The notes beneath the pieces were generated by a model. The model ran no database searches. It was not told the DNA's origin and saw only the letters and a program-made list of their open reading frames with translations. This document shows positions 18,207 through 27,454 of a stretch of DNA of 64,000 bases, in pieces. A program made the translations under genes and the position numbers. Position 1 is the stretch's first letter; every line of letters starts with the position of its first letter. This DNA is from a virus (lineage: Duplodnaviria > Caudoviricetes): positions 1 through 64,000 of the IMG/VR virus record IMGVR_UViG_3300016667_000797; one strand, given 5' to 3'.

Positions 18207-18591
18207 GATCAAATACGGGATGGACGTGCCTGCTTACGGCGAGGCCATCATCAAGACAACCTCCAAAAACCTGAAACGACTCGTCCGCAATCTACACAGC
18301 GTAGACCAGTTGATTGACGACTGGGACCCTGTCGGCGAGATGAGTGAAAACCATCGCGTTCTGGAGATCTGGCGCGAGGGCAAAGATGACGAATGGGAGA
18401 TCGTCGACTCGACCGGATTCTCCCTGGACGAGCCGGAGCCGACGTCGGTCTCGACAAAAGCCCAACTCTGGATCGCCTACAACCCAATCACTGACAAAAT
18501 CCTCGGCCACACCAACAACCTGGCCGGGGTCATACTGCTCCGTCGAGCACACATGGATCCAAATGTTCAAATTCTCAGCTGCGGCGAGTGA
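18193..18591 (+). CDS. hypothetical protein
   Basis: ATG at 18193 after AAGGA. Confidence 0.55.
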   Translation: MPRYKIKYGMDVPAYGEAIIKTTSKNLKRLVRNLHSVDQLIDDWDPVGEMSENHRVLEIWREGKDDEWEIVDSTGFSLDEPEPTSVSTKAQLWIAYNPITDKILGHTNNLAGVILLRRAHMDPNVQILSCGE

Positions 18592-18637
18592 CGCAGCTGC
18601 TTTCCCGCACAAGACCTACCCTGAAGGAGAATAATTC

Positions 18638-19276
18638 ATGTCACACCCATACCATCATGCTCTCAGTAGCGTCAAGAAATACGGCGGCAAAGTATCAGAC
18701 TACATGCGCATCCACCAATTCTTCGACGAAAGTAAGGAACACTTCGCTGACTTCCGGCACCGCGCCTTGCGCCACCACAGCGAGGGCATCTTCCTGGCCG
18801 AACGCATGTTCGGCACCACGATCACCAACAGCGACGGCCGAGTAATCCCGGTGCGGTTCATCGGCGAGCAGCACGTCATCGAGGATTGCGGTTTCATCCC
18901 GACGCTGGCGGACTGGCTCAAGTGCATCCAGGCTGAGCCCTGGATGAAGCGCGTCGGCGTCAAGCTGGGTCAGGAGCAACCGGAGCCAAAACCGGCTGAC
19001 GAGGATCCGGAGTCTGTCCTTGTAGAGAAAATGTTTTCAGAATCGGCGCAACGTAAACAACTTGTGCGCGAATGTCCTGAACGAGCAAGTCTTAGAGATT
19101 TAGGTATCTCAGTTCGGGCAAGGAATGTGTTGCACAAACACGAAATTGAGACCGTAGCCCAATTGATGACGCACACGCCAAAAAGCCTACGACAATACCG
19201 TGGCCTTGGTTATGACTCCCTAAAAGATATTGTCGACGCGTTGGCACGGTTCGGGCACGCGTTGGCTGTTGAATAA
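18638..19276 (+). CDS. DUF6915-like domain fused to an RNA polymerase alpha-CTD-like domain
   Basis: N-term SHPYHHALSSVKKYGG...HRALRHHSEGIF...EQHVIEDCG; C-term LRDLGISVRARNVLHKHEIETVAQL...RGLGYDSLKDI. Confidence 0.75.
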   Translation: MSHPYHHALSSVKKYGGKVSDYMRIHQFFDESKEHFADFRHRALRHHSEGIFLAERMFGTTITNSDGRVIPVRFIGEQHVIEDCGFIPTLADWLKCIQAEPWMKRVGVKLGQEQPEPKPADEDPESVLVEKMFSESAQRKQLVRECPERASLRDLGISVRARNVLHKHEIETVAQLMTHTPKSLRQYRGLGYDSLKDIVDALARFGHALAVE

Positions 19277-19342
19277 AGGCGCCCCGTTCGCGTTTGTGCT
19301 AAGCTATGGGGCGGATTCAACCGACCTCAAAGGAAGCAAGAC

Positions 19343-19882
19343 GTGAAACTCACAGGCAGCGCCATTCGGGAGGCGATTGAACGCGGCGACATCCTGATCG
19401 ACCCGTTCAACCCGGCCCAGCTTAACCCCAACAGCTACGACCTGCGGCTGTCGCCGTATGTCGTGCAATATACTGACGAGATCCTGGATGCCGCCAAGGC
19501 GCCGAAACTTCGTCACTACGAAATCTGCAAACGCGGCCTGGTACTTCTGCCGGGCGAACTCTACCTGATGTCCACGGTAGAGCGTACAGCCACCGGCCTC
19601 TATGTGCCCTGTGTCGAAGGCCGGTCATCGACCGGGCGGCTCGGCATCAGTGTGCACGAGACGGCCGGGTTTGGCGACGTCGGCTTCGACGGCACCTGGA
19701 CCCTGGAGGTCTCGGTCAAACGTCCCGTGCGTATATACGCCGGAATGCGCATCTGTCAGGTCTTCTTTGAGACCTGCACAGAAATCAAGGAGCCGGGCGA
19801 CCGATACAAAGGTAAATACAACGGGCAAATCACACCCAAGCCCAGCGGCATCTGGGTTGAACGTGACGAGTGGCTGCGCTGA
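19343..19882 (+). CDS. dcd: dCTP deaminase
   Basis: QLNPNSYDLRL, EGRSSTGRLG, GFGDVGFDGTWTLE, GMRICQ, KYNGQ. Confidence 0.95.
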   Translation: MKLTGSAIREAIERGDILIDPFNPAQLNPNSYDLRLSPYVVQYTDEILDAAKAPKLRHYEICKRGLVLLPGELYLMSTVERTATGLYVPCVEGRSSTGRLGISVHETAGFGDVGFDGTWTLEVSVKRPVRIYAGMRICQVFFETCTEIKEPGDRYKGKYNGQITPKPSGIWVERDEWLR

Positions 19883-19894
19883 CACAAACTCACC

Positions 19895-19923
19895 GGCCCG
19901 GGGCGCAAGCTCCGGGCCTTTTT
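19895..19923 (+). terminator. intrinsic terminator
   Basis: ggcccggggc-gcaa-gctccgggcc followed by TTTTT. Confidence 0.8.
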
Positions 19924-19941
19924 CATTGAAGGAACCTATAC

Positions 19942-20922
19942 ATGGCAGAAATCAGCCAACTGAGAGACAAGATCGAAAGCCTGAAGGTGGCCGAAGCCAT
20001 CCTGCTGGAAGCCGGAATTCAGGACACCTCACTCCGGGCGATCGAGAAGGTGGTCGGCAACCTGGAGAGCCAGATCCGCTCGACGCTACCGCGTGAGCTG
20101 CTGGAACAGCAAAACGCCGACCTGACCAATGCCAACATCCAGCTGAAGCTGGAGCTGGACGGCCGCACCCGACAGATGAACCGAATCATCGCGGACCTCA
20201 AACTCGAGCTGAGCCAGCGTCCGCCCGTGTACGCCATCCACTGTCCCGATAAATGCGAATGGCTGCATGGTCCGTATGGAGAGATACCGGTCTTTCTTAC
20301 AACAGACTTGGCCCAGGAATTCATGGTGTCTCGCGGCCTGTCGTCGATCTGGCGCGTGACCCAGTACTTCACGGCCCCCATTGAAGACCCCCGAGAGCTG
20401 ACCATTGCCGATTTCTTCGGCAAGCACAAAGCCTATGGTCGCGTCCAGGACTGGGCACTGGCCAACTGCAAAGACATGCAAGAATGCTGGGACAAGCTGC
20501 CGGACGGCGATCTGATCTGGATTGCCGGGTTTGCCGACGTGTTGACTGACAGAACGCAGCGGCTATTTGCTGTGGCCTGTTGTCGTGAGGCCTACCACCT
20601 GCTGGAAGATCAGCGCAGCCGCGATGCGCTGTACGTGGCAGAGTCTTACGCCCTGGGTCAGTCCGATAGTATCGAACTGTACAAAGCGTGGAACGAATCG
20701 CAGGCGGTTGGAAATCACTGGAAGAACGGAACGGCAAAAGATCTGGCGGCTACGGCGGCCGCCTTTGCGGCAAGCGCGGATCCGTTGCAAGCAGCAAGGG
20801 AAGCCTCAAATTACGCGATCAAGGCGTTGGCTGCGGCCTCGCCGGGCTGCGAAGCTGAGGTACAGGCAGCGCAAGCCAGGTGGCTGCGCGACAACTGTAA
20901 ACCCAACTTCAAAGGATGGTGA
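19942..20922 (+). CDS. coiled-coil protein with RLFAVACCR helical domain
   Basis: TQRLFAVACCREAYHLLEDQRSRDALYVAESYALG, similar to a family I recall being expanded in planctomycetes. Confidence 0.65.
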   Translation: MAEISQLRDKIESLKVAEAILLEAGIQDTSLRAIEKVVGNLESQIRSTLPRELLEQQNADLTNANIQLKLELDGRTRQMNRIIADLKLELSQRPPVYAIHCPDKCEWLHGPYGEIPVFLTTDLAQEFMVSRGLSSIWRVTQYFTAPIEDPRELTIADFFGKHKAYGRVQDWALANCKDMQECWDKLPDGDLIWIAGFADVLTDRTQRLFAVACCREAYHLLEDQRSRDALYVAESYALGQSDSIELYKAWNESQAVGNHWKNGTAKDLAATAAAFAASADPLQAAREASNYAIKALAAASPGCEAEVQAAQARWLRDNCKPNFKGW

Positions 20923-20923
20923 G

Positions 20924-21313
20924 ATGAGCGTGAGTGACGACACACACAGGCAAATCATGGCGCTGCACGAAGAAATACGCCAAGCCCAGCGTGTGGTGTG
21001 TATGTTTGCCGACAATGATGAAGACGGCAAACCATTCGATCTGGGCGGAAAAATCACTATGGCCTGGGCAAATTGGATCGCGACAAAGAAAGTCGAGATC
21101 CGGAGGTTGCTTGGAGAGGAGGCAGGTTCAGACCCGTTCGACGTGATAATACACAATCCGGATCCTATCGTTGCGGCACAGCTGCAACGAGACTCCGACA
21201 TACAAGATGTGCTACGCAGACAGCAAATAGCCAGGGATGAGGTTAAACGCGACGCCAAGGAGGAGCGTCTGATGCGGAAATACGCTGAGAAAGAGGAGGA
21301 TTGTGATGCCTAA
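20924..21313 (+). CDS. hypothetical protein
   Basis: ATG directly after the upstream stop. Confidence 0.5.
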   Translation: MSVSDDTHRQIMALHEEIRQAQRVVCMFADNDEDGKPFDLGGKITMAWANWIATKKVEIRRLLGEEAGSDPFDVIIHNPDPIVAAQLQRDSDIQDVLRRQQIARDEVKRDAKEERLMRKYAEKEEDCDA

Positions 21314-21647
21314 AGAACTCACGGAAGCTGCGTTGTTCAGACTTCGCAAACGTGCCAAGTCCATGCTGTCCACACCCAACTTCATGGACCACCGGATAAG
21401 CCTTCAAAAATGGGCGGCCAGTGCCAGCCCTGAAGTTGTCTTGAGCCTGATTGACACGATCGAGTGTCTACAGATGCAAGTCAAACCGGCTTGCACTCAC
21501 TTTCAAATGCCCGACTACGGATCCAATGAGTGGGGATGTACTTGCCGACCCGGAACCTACCACATACCTGAGGGAGGCGAACTTGCCGACTTCTGCAGCT
21601 ATTGTGGCGGGCCGGTAGAGATTGATCCCGAATCAAGTTGCGACTGA
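21303..21647 (+). CDS. hypothetical protein with Zn ribbon
   Basis: WASASPEVVLSLI, CTC..CSYCGG. Confidence 0.55.
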   Translation: MMPKELTEAALFRLRKRAKSMLSTPNFMDHRISLQKWAASASPEVVLSLIDTIECLQMQVKPACTHFQMPDYGSNEWGCTCRPGTYHIPEGGELADFCSYCGGPVEIDPESSCD

Positions 21648-21678
21648 ACCCGAACAGACCTAACCAAAGGAGAGAAGC

Positions 21679-22335
21679 ATGCAAAATCCGGAATTTAACA
21701 CCCTGTGCGATGCAATCGCCGACGAGTTGCGACGCTTGGACTGGGTGTATTGTAAAGAAACAGACAAAGGCCTCCGGGTGTCCACCGAAGATTGCCTGAA
21801 CAATCACGTCGCGCTGGTGGCTGAGGACGGTCGAGAATGGTCCGGACCTGCGGACCTGATACTGAGCCGATTGCGAGCTACGTCCAGCGGTACGACGATA
21901 AACAACTCCGCCCTGGATCTCTTGCTGGGCTCGCCTGTCAAACTAGCTAAATCAATAAGTCAGCAGCAAGACGAACTGACTAAGCTGGAAGCCAGTGCCC
22001 GTCTGTTACTGGATGACCTGGGCTACGTACCGGCCATGCTGGAAGACTCCATCGCAAAACGCATTGCTCGCCTGGCCAGGGCAAAGAAAGAAGTGCGGGA
22101 TGATTTTGTCTGGACCCTTATGGGCAATAATCCCCGCTATCTTGTGGAGCGAGAAGCCAGCCAGGTCCTGGACTACCTGCGTGAAACCCATGAACAGCAA
22201 ATACGGCTATGTCTGACACTGAAGGACATTCTCGAGTTCTTTCAAGCGTCTGACAACTGCTGTAGCGCCGAGCTAAACTCACTGCTCAAGAAAGCCAACG
22301 CCGTTCTAGCGGAAGCCAAGGAGAATGTGCTATGA
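21679..22335 (+). CDS. hypothetical protein
   Basis: 218 aa, AAGGAG SD. Confidence 0.6.
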   Translation: MQNPEFNTLCDAIADELRRLDWVYCKETDKGLRVSTEDCLNNHVALVAEDGREWSGPADLILSRLRATSSGTTINNSALDLLLGSPVKLAKSISQQQDELTKLEASARLLLDDLGYVPAMLEDSIAKRIARLARAKKEVRDDFVWTLMGNNPRYLVEREASQVLDYLRETHEQQIRLCLTLKDILEFFQASDNCCSAELNSLLKKANAVLAEAKENVL

Positions 22336-23072
22336 AGTTGATCACGCCAGCGCCTGCTGTTACTCGCTTCACCGAGAACTTCAAGGCACCAAAACGCGGT
22401 GAAACCATCCTCTTCGACGCCCAGTCCTACATGGACTGGGCGTCTTTCGTACTGCCGCAGATGATCGGCATGAAACCGCTGCCCTACGACCGATCTCGTG
22501 TACTGAAGGAGGCCAAGGCGGTCGGGCAATACTACTTCTACGTCCGGCGACTGGAACCAGTTGGTTGCACGTTGTGGGGGCAGGAAGGACGATCCACGCT
22601 ACCGATGGGTCGCAAGCAGAGAAAAACCTATTGCGCCTTTACAGACGCGGTAGACATTCCAATCGTGTGCAACCGGTTCCTGGACCCGATCATGTCGCTC
22701 ACGCCCAGCGAGGTCCTCACCCTCCGGTCGCAGGTGCGCTTGGCTCACGGTCAGGTGGCAATTGCCGGTCTGGGCATGGGTTGGCTTACCCGCCGTGTGC
22801 TTGACCGCACCAAGGTCGAGCATGTGACCGTAGTGGAGAAGGACCCCGGGATCCTGGCCTACTTTGGCGAGCCGATCAAACAGCAATATGGCGACCGCGT
22901 GACACTCGTGTGCGCAGACGCCTACGAATTCGACTACGCAAAGCACGATGTGGTGCTTTGGGATATTTGGTACGGTTACAGCGATTCCAACAGTGACCCG
23001 AAGTTTCACCAGATCGCGACTGACCTGATCCAGCAGGGCAAGGTCTGCACAGGCTGGGGTTACGTTCACTGA
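22332..23072 (+). CDS. class I SAM-dependent transferase (spermidine-synthase-like)
   Basis: VAIAGLGMGWL, VTVVEKDPGIL, LVCADAYEF, DVVLWDIW. Confidence 0.75.
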   Translation: MKLITPAPAVTRFTENFKAPKRGETILFDAQSYMDWASFVLPQMIGMKPLPYDRSRVLKEAKAVGQYYFYVRRLEPVGCTLWGQEGRSTLPMGRKQRKTYCAFTDAVDIPIVCNRFLDPIMSLTPSEVLTLRSQVRLAHGQVAIAGLGMGWLTRRVLDRTKVEHVTVVEKDPGILAYFGEPIKQQYGDRVTLVCADAYEFDYAKHDVVLWDIWYGYSDSNSDPKFHQIATDLIQQGKVCTGWGYVH

Positions 23073-23085
23073 TAAGGAGAGATTC

Positions 23086-23394
23086 ATGCTAGCAACGCAG
23101 TCGAAAACCCTGACCGTGGCAGGCAGCCACGGTTGGATTACAGCTGATGCTGAGACTGGATGTATTTTGCGGGTACAACTCAACGACTTTCCGTTTCTGT
23201 CCTCGGAGGACAGTTATACAAGGATCATTCGGATTGATGTAGCCGAATATCAACAGAAATACGGAAACCTTCCGGACGAGTTGGACATTCTTGACGTCGG
23301 CTATTGGACGGAAGACGATGGCTACGAACCTCCGTGCCAGGACTGGCGCGAAGATCGGGACAACATGAGAAAGTACGGTGATTTGTATGTCTGA
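23086..23394 (+). CDS. hypothetical protein
   Basis: AAGGAG SD; LDILDVGYW..DG.YEPP. Confidence 0.6.
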   Translation: MLATQSKTLTVAGSHGWITADAETGCILRVQLNDFPFLSSEDSYTRIIRIDVAEYQQKYGNLPDELDILDVGYWTEDDGYEPPCQDWREDRDNMRKYGDLYV

Positions 23395-23824
23395 AGACAC
23401 CTACAAGTGCCAGCGCTGCGGCGACGACAGCGACGACTTGCGCACACTCTGGCATGCCTGTCTCTACGACATGAATGAACTGAACGTACCATTCCGGCAA
23501 CGACAAATTCACGGACAACTGATGGCCCACATCGGCGACGAGACGGTTGAGCTGTTGGGTCGCAAACGCACCGTGGCCAAGTTTGACAACATACCCGATG
23601 TGCCGCCGCGCAAATATCCGTTCTATACGCTGCGGGTCTGCAAGTCGTGCCGTGGCAGCTGGATGGCCGCGATTGAGCACTGGTTCCAGCACGTCATCCC
23701 CGACCCAAGTCCTGGCACCGGTATCTTTGTCCGGCGCAACGGGGCCAACGTCGAGATCACTGAGGAGGAGTTCTATGCAGCCAGACAAAAGGTGGCTGAC
23801 AGTCAAGCTCAACCGCCTGATTGA
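23387..23824 (+). CDS. Zn-binding hypothetical protein
   Basis: CQRC and CKSC pairs. Confidence 0.6.
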   Translation: MSEDTYKCQRCGDDSDDLRTLWHACLYDMNELNVPFRQRQIHGQLMAHIGDETVELLGRKRTVAKFDNIPDVPPRKYPFYTLRVCKSCRGSWMAAIEHWFQHVIPDPSPGTGIFVRRNGANVEITEEEFYAARQKVADSQAQPPD

Positions 23825-23859
23825 CGTGCCGTGCGCAAACCCAGATAGGAGGTAACATA

Positions 23860-24090
23860 ATGCTGCCGTATGCTATCAAGCTAGTTGATACGCACATTTC
23901 CAACCTCAGGATTGGTGACACAGTCATCTATGCTGGCCATATGCGAACTTTGACCAAATCCAATCTTTCTCGCGGCTTCATGGGCCGTACGCTTTACGGT
24001 GACAGCCATAAGCTCGGATTGGTATCGGTTAAATTGGTACTGTTTCCCCGATTTCAACGGGGAAACTATGTTGGCCATTATCCCAAGTAA
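23860..24090 (+). CDS. hypothetical protein
   Basis: AGGAGG SD. Confidence 0.55.
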   Translation: MLPYAIKLVDTHISNLRIGDTVIYAGHMRTLTKSNLSRGFMGRTLYGDSHKLGLVSVKLVLFPRFQRGNYVGHYPK

Positions 24091-24101
24091 CGGAGTAACT
24101 G

Positions 24102-24242
24102 ATGTCTCGAATAACCCAAACCAAGGGCGATGAGGCCCTGTCCGTGTTCCTGTTTCTGGTGCTGGCCTGTTGTGTGCTGGGTATGGAGTCTTGCGCCGAG
24201 TCCACAGCACGCTACCAGGCAGCCCAGCAGGCGCAGCCATGA
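24102..24242 (+). CDS. 46-aa membrane or secreted peptide (not in the ORF track)
   Basis: MSRITQTKGDEALSVFLFLVLACCVLGMESC..., coupled to the next gene. Confidence 0.45.
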   Translation: MSRITQTKGDEALSVFLFLVLACCVLGMESCAESTARYQAAQQAQP

Positions 24243-24799
24243 TTACCGAACGTATGCTGCTCGACGAGCAGGAGCACTGGCGAACCTATTACCGTAACGC
24301 TTATCCGGTAAATCCGTTGTCTCATGACCCGTACGCGTCTCCTGAATCCGACCCGGTACAGAACGCAATCTACAGTGAGCTGGGCGATCGCATTTGCCAG
24401 GCTTACCTGCGATTTGATTTGCTGGACCGTAAGATAGCTCAAGGTCATCTGTGCGACGGCTTGAGCTATGACACGCTTACAGCGAAGTACGGCGTATCGA
24501 AAGAGTACATCCAGGTCATGCTGCATGACTTGCACGACCAAATTCACCAGATGCGTGGGTTTGGTCTGTATGTCGTCTCAATCTCCGAGTGGTTTCCCTC
24601 GCTAAGAGGTTATTACGCACTGGTAATGGAGGAACACACAGATGATCGCGGGCGAAACAAGGCGTACCGTTGTACCTCTGACGCCCGAACAGCAGGCGCT
24701 CGTGTCACAAAACATGAGGCTGGTACCATGGTTCATGAAGCTCCATGGAATACCATTCGGGATGAGTTATTCCGATTACATGAGCTGCCTGTATCTTGA
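24239..24799 (+). CDS. sigma-region-4-like HTH protein
   Basis: LDRKIAQGHLCDGLSYDTLTAKYGVSKEYI resembles a sigma4/HTH. Confidence 0.45.
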   Translation: MITERMLLDEQEHWRTYYRNAYPVNPLSHDPYASPESDPVQNAIYSELGDRICQAYLRFDLLDRKIAQGHLCDGLSYDTLTAKYGVSKEYIQVMLHDLHDQIHQMRGFGLYVVSISEWFPSLRGYYALVMEEHTDDRGRNKAYRCTSDARTAGARVTKHEAGTMVHEAPWNTIRDELFRLHELPVS

Positions 24800-25475
24800 A
24801 ATGTGCATAGTGACGCCCAAGCACGATGCCACTTTGGGCCGTTACAGCACTTTTATCATTGCCTGCCTCTGGCGCGCCCGCTGGCGTATCTTACGCAAGC
24901 TGGAGGCGCGACCGCGACCAGAGTCGTTGGATGCACATCTGGACGACCTGCTTCCCGGCGAAATGGATCAAGCTCTGGTAACGCCCGCGGTGGATTACTT
25001 GAGCAAAGTCTGTGATGCCGAGTTCTTGATCAACATCCGGTCGCTTGTCCGCGAACGTCACTGGAAGTTCTTCTGGGCTTACTATGCCGAAGACAAAACG
25101 CTCCAAGAAATTGGCGATATGCACAGGCTAACCCGAGAACGCATTCGCCAACTGGCAACAAAAACATTCGAGCGGGCCCAACACTGGGGTTATCTGTTCG
25201 AAACCTACGGCATATTGGCCTTGAGTACGATCAAGCGCAAACGTACCAGCCAAACCAAACAACCTAAACCTACCAAAACGCAGGTGCTGGACGAACCTGA
25301 TCAACCCACAAAGAAACCTAGGCAAATGCACATCTGGGCCGACTATGCGGCCAGTGAGCTGAAACCTCAAACGGAGGAATCCAAACATGAGTGCTACATC
25401 GACACAAGCGTCCACCAGCGCCGCTTTAGAATCGCTGGAACAGTGCCTGTACGGACACATCAGCAACGTCGCTGA
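24642..25475 (+). CDS. sigma70-family RNA polymerase sigma factor (regions 2 and 4)
   Basis: LTPEQQALVSQNMRLVPWF, HDATLGRYSTFI (region 2); EDKTLQEIGDMHRLTRERIRQL (region 4.2); GGAGGA SD. Confidence 0.75.
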   Translation: MIAGETRRTVVPLTPEQQALVSQNMRLVPWFMKLHGIPFGMSYSDYMSCLYLEMCIVTPKHDATLGRYSTFIIACLWRARWRILRKLEARPRPESLDAHLDDLLPGEMDQALVTPAVDYLSKVCDAEFLINIRSLVRERHWKFFWAYYAEDKTLQEIGDMHRLTRERIRQLATKTFERAQHWGYLFETYGILALSTIKRKRTSQTKQPKPTKTQVLDEPDQPTKKPRQMHIWADYAASELKPQTEESKHECYIDTSVHQRRFRIAGTVPVRTHQQRR

Positions 25476-26061
25476 TCGTTGGCGCTGGAGGCTCTACCTG
25501 ACCGAGCAGGGCAGTATGCGCCTGGCCTCGATCGCGGGCTACATTCAAGCCCTGATACATGCCAGACAGGAAGAGTTTGCCGAGAAGATGTGGGCGGACT
25601 TGCAGGACAAACTGGACTGGCTGACACAACATGAGCAGCGGGTCGAGTATCCGGTGGCCGAAGGTGTGTCGCTCCAGATACCAGCACGCAAGGTCATCCT
25701 CTCCGACGATGGCACGCTGCATGGCTTCGGCTTTCAGATCTACCGACCAGTGGACTGGCAGGTTTACAGCGATGCGCTGACCCGTCACGAGGCTGCAATT
25801 GAGGAAGAGCGAAAGCAAGGCAAAACAACCTACGACACCGCCCACAAACGCGCTGTCCAGGAATTGCGAATCCGCGAGACTATGGACAGCTCGGCACCCC
25901 ACTCGTCCGAGTTGAGCGAGCGGCGTTACGCCAACGATCGGTTCTACATGATTCACTACGTGCCCTGGTATTACGGCGGCCTGATCTATCACGGACCAGG
26001 CGCCGGGCAGACGTTTACGGTGTCGCTTGACACCCGTCACTTCTGGGGCATTCATACCTGA
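25387..26061 (+). CDS. hypothetical protein
   Basis: GGAGG SD; C-terminal YYGGLIYHGPG...WGIHT. Confidence 0.65.
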   Translation: MSATSTQASTSAALESLEQCLYGHISNVADRWRWRLYLTEQGSMRLASIAGYIQALIHARQEEFAEKMWADLQDKLDWLTQHEQRVEYPVAEGVSLQIPARKVILSDDGTLHGFGFQIYRPVDWQVYSDALTRHEAAIEEERKQGKTTYDTAHKRAVQELRIRETMDSSAPHSSELSERRYANDRFYMIHYVPWYYGGLIYHGPGAGQTFTVSLDTRHFWGIHT

Positions 26062-26088
26062 TCTTGGAATAGCAACCTGAATAACTCG

Positions 26089-26117
26089 CCCGCCAGGCAA
26101 CTGGCGGGTTTTTCTTT
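26089..26117 (+). terminator. intrinsic terminator
   Basis: cccgccag-gcaa-ctggcggg then TTTTTCTTT. Confidence 0.85.
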
Positions 26118-26149
26118 GTCCCGATTCAACTCGTGAATAGGAATTGACC

Positions 26150-26626
26150 ATGGGTTACACCCACTACTTCAGTACCAAGAAGGGCAGACGGCTGAACCCT
26201 TATCTCTGGAAGCAGGCGTTTGTGCCGCTGGTCCGCAAGATCTTCGCCTTGGCAGAAGAGTGCGGCATTGAGTTGCAACAAACCTGCAGTGAAGGCATCA
26301 CCAGCTATACGCCCGAGCGACTGGTACCACTGGCGACCAACACCCAGGTTCGGTTCAACGGCAAAGAGTCCTGCGAAGACTTTCTGCTGTTCCTCGACAC
26401 CCTGCTGCGCAACAGCAGTTGGTTCTGCAAGACAAACCGGCTACCGTACGACACTGTCGTCGTGGCCGTACTGATCGCCGCGGAGCATGTCTTCGGCGCC
26501 AACTTCGAATGGAGCAGCGACGGGACTGACGACGACCACGCAGCCGGGCGAGCGCTTTGCGACGCGGCCATGCAGCGTCTCACGTTCCCCCGACGCAAAC
26601 ACAAACCGCTAAAACTTGACGTGTAA
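26150..26626 (+). CDS. conserved phage hypothetical protein
   Basis: MGYTHY...FCKTNRLPYDTVVVAVLI...WSSDG. Confidence 0.65.
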   Translation: MGYTHYFSTKKGRRLNPYLWKQAFVPLVRKIFALAEECGIELQQTCSEGITSYTPERLVPLATNTQVRFNGKESCEDFLLFLDTLLRNSSWFCKTNRLPYDTVVVAVLIAAEHVFGANFEWSSDGTDDDHAAGRALCDAAMQRLTFPRRKHKPLKLDV

Positions 26627-26678
26627 GCCTTCCACGCCGCGCGCAGCTTGTTATTATGCTTGACATACACAGGCTCGC

Positions 26679-27008
26679 ATGGTGGGAGAACACGCAGGCA
26701 TGGAAATGCACGGAGGCCCTGAACGGCGCAAGAGGCGCTGCAAGCCCGAACCTTACTGGGTGAAGTTCTTCACTGAGGAAGATCGGGAAAAGAAAAGGGT
26801 CGCGCACTGGAACACCGTGTCGCTGGCCGATGTCGGCATTCCGGTCCGGCTGGCCAACACGCTTGAGCAATATGGCATCCTTACAGTCGGCGATCTGACC
26901 AGGCTCACGCTTGCCGACCTGGAAGAGATACCCAACCTGGGTGAGATCACCCGGGTCAGGTGCAGCCAACTCTTGGACCAGCTCAAGCTGCCCAACCACC
27001 TAAAATGA
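26679..27008 (+). CDS. stand-alone RNA polymerase alpha-CTD-like protein
   Basis: SLADVGIPVRLANTLEQYGILTVGDL...LEEIPNLGEIT. Confidence 0.8.
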   Translation: MVGEHAGMEMHGGPERRKRRCKPEPYWVKFFTEEDREKKRVAHWNTVSLADVGIPVRLANTLEQYGILTVGDLTRLTLADLEEIPNLGEITRVRCSQLLDQLKLPNHLK

Positions 27009-27017
27009 GTAGATGTA

Positions 27018-27115
27018 ACGCATAAAAATATTATGCGTATCTTCTCCTATGGAGAAGATGTAAAACAAGCGTGCCATATGGCACGCTTGTTGGCTTTACA
27101 GGTTGAATAGAAAAA
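27018..27115. repeat. left copy of an inverted triple-hairpin element
   Basis: Three abutting hairpins: 27018-27038, 27039-27059 and the 28-bp perfect palindrome 27064-27091. Confidence 0.85.
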
Positions 27116-27119
27116 GGAG

Positions 27120-27359
27120 TTGCGGATGTATCTGCGTGTCGTCAGTGATTTCGTCAAAAACCAGTACGGGAGCTCGTATCCTGTAGCCAACATCCAGGTC
27201 ATCAATGGAGATACCGGAGATCTGGTTGCAGATGTCTGTGTAGAGATCTATTACTGCGATAAACCTCGGGTGATCCTAACACCGGCTATAGAGCTTCGGG
27301 AAAGTGAAGAGGCTACCCTCGCTATAGACCTGGTCACAGGGGAGAATATCCCCCTGTAG
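27120..27359 (+). CDS. 79-aa hypothetical protein enclosed by the inverted repeats
   Basis: AAAGGAG SD before a TTG start. Confidence 0.5.
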   Translation: MRMYLRVVSDFVKNQYGSSYPVANIQVINGDTGDLVADVCVEIYYCDKPRVILTPAIELRESEEATLAIDLVTGENIPL

Positions 27360-27454
27360 AGGTAAACTATAGTTGTCGTAGGGCGGAAGACCTGCTTCTC
27401 CATTCGTGAACAGGTACTTGCCGCCCTTCCCTCTACCTGAGTCTCTATCGGCAT

